DNA of 64,000 nucleotides from Patescibacteria group bacterium. Its GTDB lineage: Bacteria; Patescibacteriota; Microgenomatia; UBA10105; UBA927. Below, piece by piece: positions 49,497-57,537 of the stretch. Under the pieces are notes generated by a model. That model was not told where the DNA came from, did no database searches, and saw nothing but the letters and a program-made list of their open reading frames with translations. The DNA lies in the NCBI GenBank assembly GCA_049322955.1, contig JBMOPU010000012.1, forward strand, positions 83,581 to 147,580, written 5' to 3'. Numbering within the stretch: position 1 is the first letter of the stretch; the number at the start of each line of letters is the position of its first letter. The position numbers were made by a program, and so were the translations under genes.

Positions 49497-51722
49497 TTAC
49501 TTTGTCGGCCAAGGAGAAATAATAAGTGGCCGTGTGTTTTTTTGAGAAATCTTTCCCCAGATTTCCTCCGTCACAAAAGGCATAAACGGATGGAGTAACC
49601 CAAGGAATGTGAGCATGCCCTTCTCGAGAACGGCAAGCGATATCTCTCCCTTTTTCCGTTGCTCGATAGCGATATCGCAGTACCAATGCCAAAACTCATT
49701 GTGCACTGTTTCTGCGGCCAAACCGACACGATATGAATCCAAAAGCTGTGTCACATTCTCTGTAACATCGGCAAGTTTTTTGAGGAACTGTGTATCGCCA
49801 ACCTTCGGATGAGTATCATCAGTGCCCGCGTGTTGTTTTTCCAGCAACACATAGCGTGCGGCATTCCACACCTTATTAGAGAAATTACGCATACCGCGAA
49901 TCGTGTTTTCTCCCACCGCCTTATCCTGGCCGGGGGTTGAACTCATTATTAACGCGATCCGTATGGCATCAGCACCATACTTATCGACCATATCCAACGG
50001 ATTGATGACATTTCCTTTTGACTTACTCATTTTTTGACCCTTTTCGTCTCTGACGAGCCCGTGAAGATAAACGGTTGCAAACGGTGATTTCCCGGTGACG
50101 TACATGCCTAAAAGCATCATTCGCATGACCCAGATCGGCAAAATATCATACCCAGTCTCCATCACCGATGTCGGATAAAATTTTTCAAATACGGCAATGC
50201 CATTCGTCTGCAACGTTACGACAGGCCACTGACCGGACGAAAACCACGTATCAAACGTGTCCGTTTCTTGGATCCATAACCCGTCATCATTCGGCTGGGC
50301 AATGCTTACGACCCAGGGCGCACCGCCGTCTGCCCACGTGCCGACATCAAGGTGTTGGAGGTTTCTTTTAATGTATTCAAATCCGAACTCGTCAATCCAT
50401 TGGGAGAGGGGACCATGTTTTTGTTTCTTCTCGTGATCAAGGAAACTCACCAGTATTTGATGCTCATGTCCTCGTGCGTTGTACCACACCGGGATTCGGA
50501 TGCCCCAAACAATTTGTCTGCTTATATTCCAGTCGCGGATATTGGTAAGCCAATGCCGAAGTATTTTATCCTGACCCGCGCCTAATATCTTGGTTTCCCC
50601 AGAATCAAGTGCACGAAGCGCCCCTTCGACAAGCGGCTTAGTTTTGATAAAAAATTGGGTGAGCGGAAGTGGCTCGAGGACCGTCTTACAGCGATAGCAA
50701 ACGCCTACCGTATGAGTGTAGGCTTCACTGGGTTTGGCCAGTAGCCCCATTGCATCAAGATCCTTTTCAATAACCTCCCGCGCCGCCTTTACCTTCATGC
50801 CGGCATATTTTCCTGCTATCGACGTCAACTTGCCCTGTTTATCGATGACCTGCTTCGGTTCAGGAATCTCTCCGAGATGCCGTTGCCATACCTCAAAGTC
50901 GTTAAAATCGTGATATGGGGTGATTTTGACCACTCCCGTGCCAAACTCAGGGTCAACATACTCATCACCAATTACTTTCAGGGTAAATGACCCTAAGAGT
51001 CCGTCCACCGTGATCTCTTGACCGATATATTTTTTATATCGCTTGTCGGAAGGATGCACTGCTACTGCGGTATCGGCGAACTTTGTTTCCGGTCGGGTTG
51101 TGGCGAGCACAAACGGGCCGTATTTTATGTAATAAAGCTTTGTTGTTTCTTCTGTATGTTCCACCTCAAGTTCCGAATAGCCTGTGCCGCATTTGGTACA
51201 GTAGTTAATGAGTTTTTCCCCACGGTAAATAAGACCTTCCTTGTGGAGTGAAATAAAGGTTTCGAGCACGTTCGCCACGATATCGGGATCGAGAGTGAAT
51301 TTAAACTTCGTCCAGTCAGCTGAAGCCCCCAGCTTTTTCATCTGGTTGACCGCCACTCCTGAATTTTCCTGCACATAGTCCCAGATCATCCGGTACAGCG
51401 TTTCACGATCAAAATTAAAGCGGCTTTTATCTTGTTTAGCGAGCTTTTTTTCGAATACGAATTGCGTTTCAATACCCGCATGGTCAGTGCCGGGAAGCCA
51501 AAGGGAACTGTCTCCCTTCATCCGGTGATATCGAATCAGAATATCCTCAATGGTGATAAACATGGCATGTCCGATATGCAAGGGATCGTTTGCATTAGGA
51601 GGCGGCATAATGATGGAGAAAGGGGGAGCGCTTGGATCTTCTTTGGGCACAAAGTACCCTCCGGATTCCCACATCCGGTAGATGGCATCTTCACACGCTT
51701 TCGGATCAAAGTTTTTGTCCAT
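49497..51722 (-). CDS. valS: Valine--tRNA ligase (short, lacks C-terminal coiled coil)
   Basis: MPPPNAN..LHIGHA, GTDHAGI, DWNISRQIVWG, KMSKSKGN. Confidence 0.97.
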   Translation of the reverse strand: MDKNFDPKACEDAIYRMWESGGYFVPKEDPSAPPFSIIMPPPNANDPLHIGHAMFITIEDILIRYHRMKGDSSLWLPGTDHAGIETQFVFEKKLAKQDKSRFNFDRETLYRMIWDYVQENSGVAVNQMKKLGASADWTKFKFTLDPDIVANVLETFISLHKEGLIYRGEKLINYCTKCGTGYSELEVEHTEETTKLYYIKYGPFVLATTRPETKFADTAVAVHPSDKRYKKYIGQEITVDGLLGSFTLKVIGDEYVDPEFGTGVVKITPYHDFNDFEVWQRHLGEIPEPKQVIDKQGKLTSIAGKYAGMKVKAAREVIEKDLDAMGLLAKPSEAYTHTVGVCYRCKTVLEPLPLTQFFIKTKPLVEGALRALDSGETKILGAGQDKILRHWLTNIRDWNISRQIVWGIRIPVWYNARGHEHQILVSFLDHEKKQKHGPLSQWIDEFGFEYIKRNLQHLDVGTWADGGAPWVVSIAQPNDDGLWIQETDTFDTWFSSGQWPVVTLQTNGIAVFEKFYPTSVMETGYDILPIWVMRMMLLGMYVTGKSPFATVYLHGLVRDEKGQKMSKSKGNVINPLDMVDKYGADAIRIALIMSSTPGQDKAVGENTIRGMRNFSNKVWNAARYVLLEKQHAGTDDTHPKVGDTQFLKKLADVTENVTQLLDSYRVGLAAETVHNEFWHWYCDIAIEQRKKGEISLAVLEKGMLTFLGLLHPFMPFVTEEIWGKISQKNTRPLIISPWPTK

Positions 51723-51738
51723 ATCTCTATTTAACCAC

Positions 51739-51890
51739 AAAAAAAGGTACCGTTTTGTATAAGGACCCCGCCGTGGCGGGATGGTACCACCTTATTTGCT
51801 TCTCGTTTCTGCTATGACGGGCAACCCGTTCAACTTACTTCCTGTTCGGTTGAAAGCTTGTCCGAGGACTGGTCGGACTCAAACGCTTTT
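51739..51890 (-). promoter_or_regulatory. T-box riboswitch (Val), ultrashort Stem I
   Basis: Minus strand: GCGUUUGA-GUCCGA-cca GUC c-UCGGAC-AAGC; Stem II with GAA/AGUA; CGGG-UUG-CCCG Stem IIA; AAUAAGG-UGGUACC-AUCCCGC...GCGGGGU-CCUUAU antiterminator; U7 tract. Confidence 0.88.
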
Positions 51891-51897
51891 CATGATT

Positions 51898-51927
51898 ATT
51901 ATACGGCAGGACACCTTTAGGTGTCAA
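51898..51927 (-). promoter_or_regulatory. Sigma70 promoter of the valS leader
   Basis: Minus strand TTGACA-18 nt-TATAAT. Confidence 0.8.
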
Positions 51928-51973
51928 AAAGCCGAAGGTGGGGGTATGTGGTATCGAATGGGGGAAAACGCGT

Positions 51974-52834
51974 TTAGAGCTCTTCAAGCTTTACGCGTTC
52001 GGTGTGTTTATCCGAGATAAATTCGAGATATTTTTCGGTGGTTGAAAGTCGTTTATGTCCGACAAGCTTACTGATCGTCGTAAGCGCGGTTCCCGACATA
52101 AGGTGATGGGCGATAAAGGTGTGGCGGAGGTCGTTGACCTTCGCGTCCTCGATACCAGCCACTTTAAAATAACGGTCAATTGCCGTGCGGATGTTGCGAA
52201 TGAGAAGCGGACGTCCGGTTTTTGTGATGAAGAGAGAAGAAGATTTCGCCTCGGCATTTCGTGCTTTACGCCAATTATCAAGCGCTTCTTTTGCGGCACG
52301 GTTTAACGGAACGGTTCGTTCTTCATGCCCTTCCTGAGCGGCAATGTGAAGCTCGGAATCTTTAACATCGGAAACGGCTAAGTTCGCCAGTTCACCGATC
52401 CGGAGGCCCGTTTGCAAGAAAAGCTCGACGATGGCATACGTGCGGATGTCACCCCGGCATGCATCACGGAGGGCACGGTATTCAAGCTTCGAGAGAATGC
52501 GCGGCGGTTTCACCTCATATTTCGGGTGTTCGATATCAGTTGCGGGATCCTGGGTAATACTTCCTGACGTTTTTAAGAAACGGTAAAACGTCTTCATTGA
52601 GTTGATCTTCCGGGAGATTGATTTCGGTGTGTAGCTATCGGCCGCTAGTTTTTTTAGAAAGGCCTCGAGCTCCTCTTTGGTAACGGTGGTGATGTCTTTT
52701 TTGCCGACGTTCGTAAGAAACGCCACTAACTGCTCAATATCCTTGCTGTATGCTACGATAGTTGCGTGGGCCCGCTTCCGCGAGGACAGATATTCCACAA
52801 ATTGCTTGTGAGCCGATTTCAAATCAAGTGTCAT
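51974..52834 (-). CDS. XerC/XerD-like tyrosine recombinase
   Basis: SAM-like N-domain, TGLRIGEL, NDLRHTF, LVGH, TTEKY. Confidence 0.9.
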   Translation of the reverse strand: MTLDLKSAHKQFVEYLSSRKRAHATIVAYSKDIEQLVAFLTNVGKKDITTVTKEELEAFLKKLAADSYTPKSISRKINSMKTFYRFLKTSGSITQDPATDIEHPKYEVKPPRILSKLEYRALRDACRGDIRTYAIVELFLQTGLRIGELANLAVSDVKDSELHIAAQEGHEERTVPLNRAAKEALDNWRKARNAEAKSSSLFITKTGRPLLIRNIRTAIDRYFKVAGIEDAKVNDLRHTFIAHHLMSGTALTTISKLVGHKRLSTTEKYLEFISDKHTERVKLEEL

Positions 52835-52944
52835 GATATGTCCCTAAGGCAACATACACCGTTCAATTGAGGCAGGAAATTGAGGCGGTATGGAACCCGG
52901 TTATTGAAGCCTATAATATCATATACAAGACCAAAATACAACCT

Positions 52945-53277
52945 ATGAAGATCGCCCGTATTATCATCGCCGTTATTAGCCTCGGATTAGCCGTGTCGGC
53001 GGGCAGGACGATAGCCGAGTTATGGCAACAAAAGGGGAGGGTGGGCGACCGGGAGCGTGAACTGAACCGTATTCTCACGGAAAATAAACGGCTGGAATCT
53101 CAACTTGCCGATATGAAAGATCCTTCGTATGTTGAGCGGGTAGCGAGGGATCAGCTGGGCATGGTAAAAGAAGGTGAAGCGATCGTGATGTTGCCACAGG
53201 GGGGATCAAGCGCAGGCATAAGCGGCGGTGAACGGACACTGCCCGTCTGGCAACAATGGCTCAGACTTTTCTTTTAG
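52945..53277 (+). CDS. ftsB: Septum formation initiator FtsB/DivIC
   Basis: TM, coiled coil, YVERVARDQLGMVKEGE. Confidence 0.85.
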   Translation: MKIARIIIAVISLGLAVSAGRTIAELWQQKGRVGDRERELNRILTENKRLESQLADMKDPSYVERVARDQLGMVKEGEAIVMLPQGGSSAGISGGERTLPVWQQWLRLFF

Positions 53278-53298
53278 TTTGGTATTCACCCGTACAAG

Positions 53299-53370
53299 TG
53301 CCAGCGGCAGGGATCGGACCTGCGACAAATGCCTTATGAAGACACTGCTCTACCACTGAGCTACGCTGGC
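53299..53370 (-). tRNA. tRNA with CAT anticodon (elongator Met or Ile2), CCA not encoded
   Basis: GCCAGCG-UAGCUCAGUGGUAGAGC-AGUGUC-UU CAU AA-GGCAU...GCAGG-UCCGAUC-CCUGC-CGCUGGC-A cloverleaf. Confidence 0.9.
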
Positions 53371-53592
53371 AAAATATTGGATACTGTCGGCCAAGGGCTG
53401 ATGAGCCATTGACCCAAACGCCACTGGCGCAAGTTTATGTATTTTATCAGATTGAGACGGGAAGACAACCTACGTATTGGGCCTCTCTTCGTGATACAAT
53501 ACCCCTATCTAGCCTTTCTGCTCGTATACTGTTCCCCGAAAGTTGAATAGGTACGTGATAGATAGGAAGTAAAGAGGAGGTGAATTGTAACT

Positions 53593-54024
53593 ATGGCAAC
53601 GAAATTGTTTGTTGGGGGACTTTCATGGGATACGACGGAAGACACACTTCGCAATCATTTTGCGCAGGTGGGTCAGGTAGCAAGTGCACAGGTGATTACC
53701 GATAAATTTACGGGAAGATCACGCGGATTCGGATTTGTTGAAATGACCAATCCCGATGATGCACAAAAAGCTATCCAGGATTTGAACGGCACACAGCTCG
53801 ACGGAAGATCCATTGTGGTCAACGAGGCAAAACCGATGGCCCCTCGTGAGAATCGGGGTGGTGGAGGATACCGTGGCGGTGGTGGTAGCGGCGGCGGATT
53901 TGGAGGTGGAAGAAGCGGTGGCAGAGGTGGATACGGAGGCGGAAGACGAGATGATCGTGGCGGACGCGGAGGATATGATCGACGCGACAATCACGGTGAT
54001 GATCGTGGAGGAAGAGATTGGTAA
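53593..54024 (+). CDS. RRM RNA-binding protein with Gly/Arg-rich tail
   Basis: LFVGGL (RNP2), RGFGFVEM (RNP1); strong SD AGGAGGTGA. Confidence 0.95.
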   Translation: MATKLFVGGLSWDTTEDTLRNHFAQVGQVASAQVITDKFTGRSRGFGFVEMTNPDDAQKAIQDLNGTQLDGRSIVVNEAKPMAPRENRGGGGYRGGGGSGGGFGGGRSGGRGGYGGGRRDDRGGRGGYDRRDNHGDDRGGRDW

Positions 54025-54045
54025 CTCTGAAATTGCGTTATGAAT

Positions 54046-54077
54046 AAAATCACCCCGCCTAGGCGGGGTGATTTTTT
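54046..54077. terminator. Bidirectional intrinsic terminator
   Basis: AAAATCACCCCGCC-TA-GGCGGGGTGATTTTTT between convergent genes. Confidence 0.85.
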
Positions 54078-54321
54078 ATAGGGAAAGATGGAGTCGTTCA
54101 ATCTTTTGTTTGTGTGACCATGATTTAATTTCCCATTCCCTTCGCAATGCGTTCGATTTTGTTTCGCATGATTCGGTATAGATTACCGCAAGCGGGGGAT
54201 GGGTGCGGGTATACGCACCACCCTTTCCCTTTTCATGCATACGCGTGCGTTTTGCGAGATTGTTGGTAATGCCGGTATAAAGGCTGTTGCCGTTGCATCG
54301 GAGAATATAAACCGTCCACAT
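54076..54321 (-). CDS. GIY-YIG nuclease family protein (YhbQ-like)
   Basis: VYIL...LYTGIT...R...H..GKGGAYT...ALRRE..IK. Confidence 0.88.
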   Translation of the reverse strand: MWTVYILRCNGNSLYTGITNNLAKRTRMHEKGKGGAYTRTHPPLAVIYTESCETKSNALRREWEIKSWSHKQKIERLHLSL

Positions 54322-54378
54322 GGGGAAATTGTACGAGAAAGAACGAGCATTCGATAGTCCTCCCAATGAGGACATGAC

Positions 54379-54410
54379 AAAAAAAGACTCCCGAAAAAGG
54401 AGTCTTTTTT
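54379..54410. terminator. Intrinsic terminator after tRNA-fMet
   Basis: AAAAAAAGACTCC-cgaaaaa-GGAGTCTTTTTT. Confidence 0.85.
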
Positions 54411-54412
54411 AT

Positions 54413-54485
54413 TGGTTGCGGGGCCGGGAATCGCACCCGGCCTAGGAGATTATGAGCCTCCTGTGCAACTTTACACTACCCCGCG
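54413..54485 (-). tRNA. Initiator-like tRNA-fMet (CAT), CCA encoded
   Basis: CGCGGGG...CCCCGCA-ACCA with C1:A72 mismatch; CU CAU AA anticodon loop. Confidence 0.88.
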
Positions 54486-54539
54486 GCACGAGTCGTACAA
54501 AATAATTATAACAGGTTACCCAGAGGCTGGCAAAGCTGG

Positions 54540-54821
54540 CTATATGGTCGGGGGAGAAGAGGGTCTCCGAAATGCCTTAATAAGCTTGGGCGCAATATAC
54601 ATGATAAGACCTGTTACCATTTGGATAAAAAATGCGATGGAAAAATAGGTGGCGACATCAAAATGGAGCACTCGTACTGACCCCTGATCGATACCTGTGA
54701 ACATCTGCGGATATTTCATGATACTGCCGGTTACCATTTGGATAATCCCCAGCACGATAACAAAAAGCATAGCCACGCGGTGCACTCTGCGGCTGTAATA
54801 GGAAAGTCTGCCGATGTCCAT
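54540..54821 (-). CDS. Small two-TM hypothetical protein with His pair (DUF4405/PepSY_TM-like)
   Basis: RRVHR..TM..VLH..TM; internal repeat IQMVTG.IM; -10-like TACAAT 6 nt before ATG. Confidence 0.55.
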   Translation of the reverse strand: MDIGRLSYYSRRVHRVAMLFVIVLGIIQMVTGSIMKYPQMFTGIDQGSVRVLHFDVATYFSIAFFIQMVTGLIMYIAPKLIKAFRRPSSPPTI

Positions 54822-54865
54822 ATCCGTATTGTAACAAAAAATAGTCATACCGTTTTGACGCGATA

Positions 54866-54874
54866 TGGTATACT
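54866..54874 (+). promoter_or_regulatory. Extended -10 promoter of the Trp T-box leader
   Basis: TG-G-TATACT. Confidence 0.6.
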
Positions 54875-54891
54875 GGTCTCCACAAGTGAAT

Positions 54892-55141
54892 AAAAGCGTC
54901 GATCCGGAGGGTTGGAACCGGGGAAAGCTGACTCTTAAATCAAGTACGGAGCCGAAACCGTAAAAAGTCTGGAACGAGTGTCGTAAATAAACGGAGCTCG
55001 TCATGAATGAGATTTATCCTCACCTGACGTCCCGCTTGGCGGGATTTTTTGTAGGATAATAAAAGCAAGGTGGCAACGCCTTTTGTGAAGGCCCTTGCAA
55101 ATTTTTCACCATTTTATGGTGGATAATTTGCGAGGGCTTTT
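54892..55141 (+). promoter_or_regulatory. T-box riboswitch (Trp), ultrashort Stem I, transcriptional
   Basis: GCGUCGAUCCGG-agggu UGG aa-CCGGGGAAAGC; AGUA motif; antiterminator GCAAGG-UGGCAAC-GCC...GGC-CCUUGC; terminator GCCCUUGCAAAU...AUUUGCGAGGGC-UUUU. Confidence 0.9.
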
Positions 55142-55167
55142 ATTATGCCCTAGAAAAGGAGTTTCTT

Positions 55168-55257
55168 ATGACAAAAGAAACATTGCATCGGCTGGTACAA
55201 AGCAATTTTGCCAGGGAGGAAGTTATACAACACGAATCCCCGGGGTGTCTTTGGTGA
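55168..55257 (+). CDS. 29-aa SD-led ORF ending Leu-Trp-stop; probable 0-frame N-terminus of the TrpD-like gene (+1 frameshift)
   Basis: AAGGAG 55156-55161, ATG 55168; MTKETLHRLVQSNFAREEVIQHESPGCLW*; ends CCG GGG TGT CTT TGG TGA. Confidence 0.6.
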   Translation: MTKETLHRLVQSNFAREEVIQHESPGCLW

Positions 55258-56707
55258 CGTCGCCGCAATCTCACTTCACGGTGAACCGTATCAACAGATA
55301 CGGGAGGTCGGGGGAATAACGACGCATATCGATAGCAATGATACGCTTCGTCAGTTGGCAAAAAACGCCCGATACAAGGAATTGTTACCGGCAAAAATTT
55401 TTGCGGTGGAACCGTTCCTGTCGGACCTCTTTGAAAAAGACGGCTATTACGGGATTCAGAGAAAGATCGAGCAGGGCGCATCACTCACCTTTGAAGAAGC
55501 GTTTTCGCTTGCCACCTTCGTCTGTATCGGATTGAATATTCCCTTGAGAGAGGTAATAGGAGAGCGGTTAAAAAATAAAATGCCCGAGGACACCCATTTG
55601 CTCCAGGCGACGGCTCTGCTTGCCGCTATGTCCACGAAAGAAGCGTATGTGGGACTTACCGCCGCCGAAATTGCGGGTCTTGTTGCCGCAACGGTGCATT
55701 TGGATACCGTGGTCCGTACGGAATGCGAGAATCCAGTTATCGCGTTCGGGGGGATGGGAGGGGATAAAGGCTATCCGCTGAACGGACACGCCACAAAGCT
55801 TTTCAGTCTTTCGACCCTTGCCGCTATTATTCTATCGGCAGATACACCGGTGCATAAACATCACTCGTACCCCAATACGTCGAAGGTGGCGGGACAAAGT
55901 GCAATCGAAGCATTCGGCGCCCGGTCAGACTTCCAGACCGAGGCATCTTTAGGAGATACCTTTCATGCATCGCAATTGCTTATGACAAGTTGTCATATGA
56001 CGCGAACACTGCACACGCTCTCACATAAGCTGAAAGGCGAGACCGTGAATCATGTGGTGGGTCCGTTGTCCTTTACGATGTCTGCAAAAACACCGCTCCA
56101 CGCAATGATTGGGGTAAATGAAAAAATCCATCCGTCGGTTATCGTGGACGCATTGGCGATTCTTTCACAGAAAGGCTTTCAACGGTACGAAAACAGCGCG
56201 GTGTATTGTGGCACGCTGACGTCTTCACGTGGCGCGGATGTGCTCGATCCAGCGCTTATGAAACACATCGTGGTGCTCGATGAGGTGGCTCCGCCTCCCT
56301 ACGATAGCATCGTGTCCTTTCTGGTAGAGGGTAAAAATGCGGGGACATTCGTCCTATCACCGGAGGATTTCTACGACACCGATACACTCCGTTCGTTTGT
56401 TCCCGAGGCGCTGGCTATTCCCAACGACCGCCATGCAATCATGGAGGCAAATACGAGCGCCATAACGGGGGAGAATATGACGCGTGCCCGATACCTTGCG
56501 ATGACGGTGGGGTTGGGGTTGTTTGTACGGCATTGTCTCGGTGATCCGCAAGCGCTAGATATGAATAATCACCGGGTGCACAGACAAATGCTTCGTGCCT
56601 GTACCCAACGCGGGCTCGATCTTATTCTTTCGGGAAAGGGTCGGGAACAATTAGAAAAATATATTGCGGCATCCAACGTGCACGCAGGAGAGAAAGGAGA
56701 TGTATGA
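55208..56707 (+). CDS. Divergent anthranilate phosphoribosyltransferase (TrpD)-like protein; true start uncertain
   Basis: GGMGGDKG ~ GTGGDG; FSLSTLAA ~ FNISTxAA; VHKHHS..NTSKVAGQSAIEAFG ~ VAKHGN..SSKSGSADVLEALG; NHVVGPL; LDEV. Confidence 0.75.
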   Translation: MPGRKLYNTNPRGVFGDVAAISLHGEPYQQIREVGGITTHIDSNDTLRQLAKNARYKELLPAKIFAVEPFLSDLFEKDGYYGIQRKIEQGASLTFEEAFSLATFVCIGLNIPLREVIGERLKNKMPEDTHLLQATALLAAMSTKEAYVGLTAAEIAGLVAATVHLDTVVRTECENPVIAFGGMGGDKGYPLNGHATKLFSLSTLAAIILSADTPVHKHHSYPNTSKVAGQSAIEAFGARSDFQTEASLGDTFHASQLLMTSCHMTRTLHTLSHKLKGETVNHVVGPLSFTMSAKTPLHAMIGVNEKIHPSVIVDALAILSQKGFQRYENSAVYCGTLTSSRGADVLDPALMKHIVVLDEVAPPPYDSIVSFLVEGKNAGTFVLSPEDFYDTDTLRSFVPEALAIPNDRHAIMEANTSAITGENMTRARYLAMTVGLGLFVRHCLGDPQALDMNNHRVHRQMLRACTQRGLDLILSGKGREQLEKYIAASNVHAGEKGDV

Positions 56708-57537
56708 ATATTTTTAAGGAACTTTTTTCCGTCAAAAAACCCATCATCGGTATGATTCATTTGCCTCCGCTTGCCGGGTATGACGGTCATCGGCCGATTG
56801 CGGAAACCAGGCGTCGAATTTTAACCGAGGCAGGCATTTTGGAAGAGCGGGGAGTGCACGGCATTATGATCGAAAACAATTACAGCGTACCGCATCGTGA
56901 GTTTATAAAAAAGGCCGAAGCGCTCGAAATGAAACGTCTTGTGCACGCGGTGACTCGTGCCGTGAAGATCCCCGTAGGAGTAGATGTACTCTGGAGCGGG
57001 TACCAGTCGGCTTTGGTAATCTGCAAGGAAACGGGTGCCCGATTTGTCCGTGTCGCCTCATTTGTTGATGACGTTATGACGCAATACGGGCCGATGCCGG
57101 CGCGGGGAGCTGAAGCGGTTGCAGAGAGAAAGAAGCTCGGTTTGGAGGACTCGGTGGCAATACTGGCGGATGTGCAAGTCAAACATTCGCACATGATGGA
57201 TCCCAAAAAACCGCTCCGACAATCAGTACGGGAGGCGGTGGATACCGGAGCCGATGCTATTATCGTTACCGGAACATGGACGGGAGTGGCCCCGATCATG
57301 AAAGATTTGCATATCGCCAGACGATTCGGACGGGGACTTCCCATTGTGGTGGGAAGCGGATCAACGCCTGAGACTTTGCACAGGTTATTTACCGGTGCCG
57401 ATGCCATCATTGTTGGCTCCGCAATCATGACTGATAAAGTTGTTGATGCACAAAAGCTGTCATCCTATATGGATAGCTATCGATCCTTGCGAGTACGAAA
57501 TTTTCGGAAAGTCAGGTACAATAAGGAGGAACTATGA
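56704..57537 (+). CDS. BtpA/SgcQ family TIM-barrel protein
   Basis: KPIIGMIHLPPL, GIMIENN..P, ILADVQVKH, ADAIIVTG, VVGSG, IIVGS. Confidence 0.9.
   Translation: MNIFKELFSVKKPIIGMIHLPPLAGYDGHRPIAETRRRILTEAGILEERGVHGIMIENNYSVPHREFIKKAEALEMKRLVHAVTRAVKIPVGVDVLWSGYQSALVICKETGARFVRVASFVDDVMTQYGPMPARGAEAVAERKKLGLEDSVAILADVQVKHSHMMDPKKPLRQSVREAVDTGADAIIVTGTWTGVAPIMKDLHIARRFGRGLPIVVGSGSTPETLHRLFTGADAIIVGSAIMTDKVVDAQKLSSYMDSYRSLRVRNFRKVRYNKEEL

Noticed and set aside
53390-53430. Hammerhead ribozyme (CTGATGAG)
   Set aside because: The required GAAA and a well-paired stem II are missing (CAAA follows).
53850-54020. GGN-rich repeat
   Set aside because: It simply encodes the Gly/Arg-rich tail of the RRM protein.
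51974-54485. Integrative element (recombinase near tRNAs)
   Set aside because: Flanking genes are housekeeping (valS, ftsB) and no duplicated tRNA 3' end was seen.
54970-54972. Second TGG as specifier of a long classical Stem I
   Set aside because: In that fold it would be base-paired; the short stem matching the ileS pattern and the valS element fits better.
55255-55257. UGA recoding (code 25/4) as an explanation of the 55168 ORF
   Set aside because: Many intact genes end in TGA with ATGA overlaps, and readthrough would stay in the wrong frame for the TrpD-like motifs.
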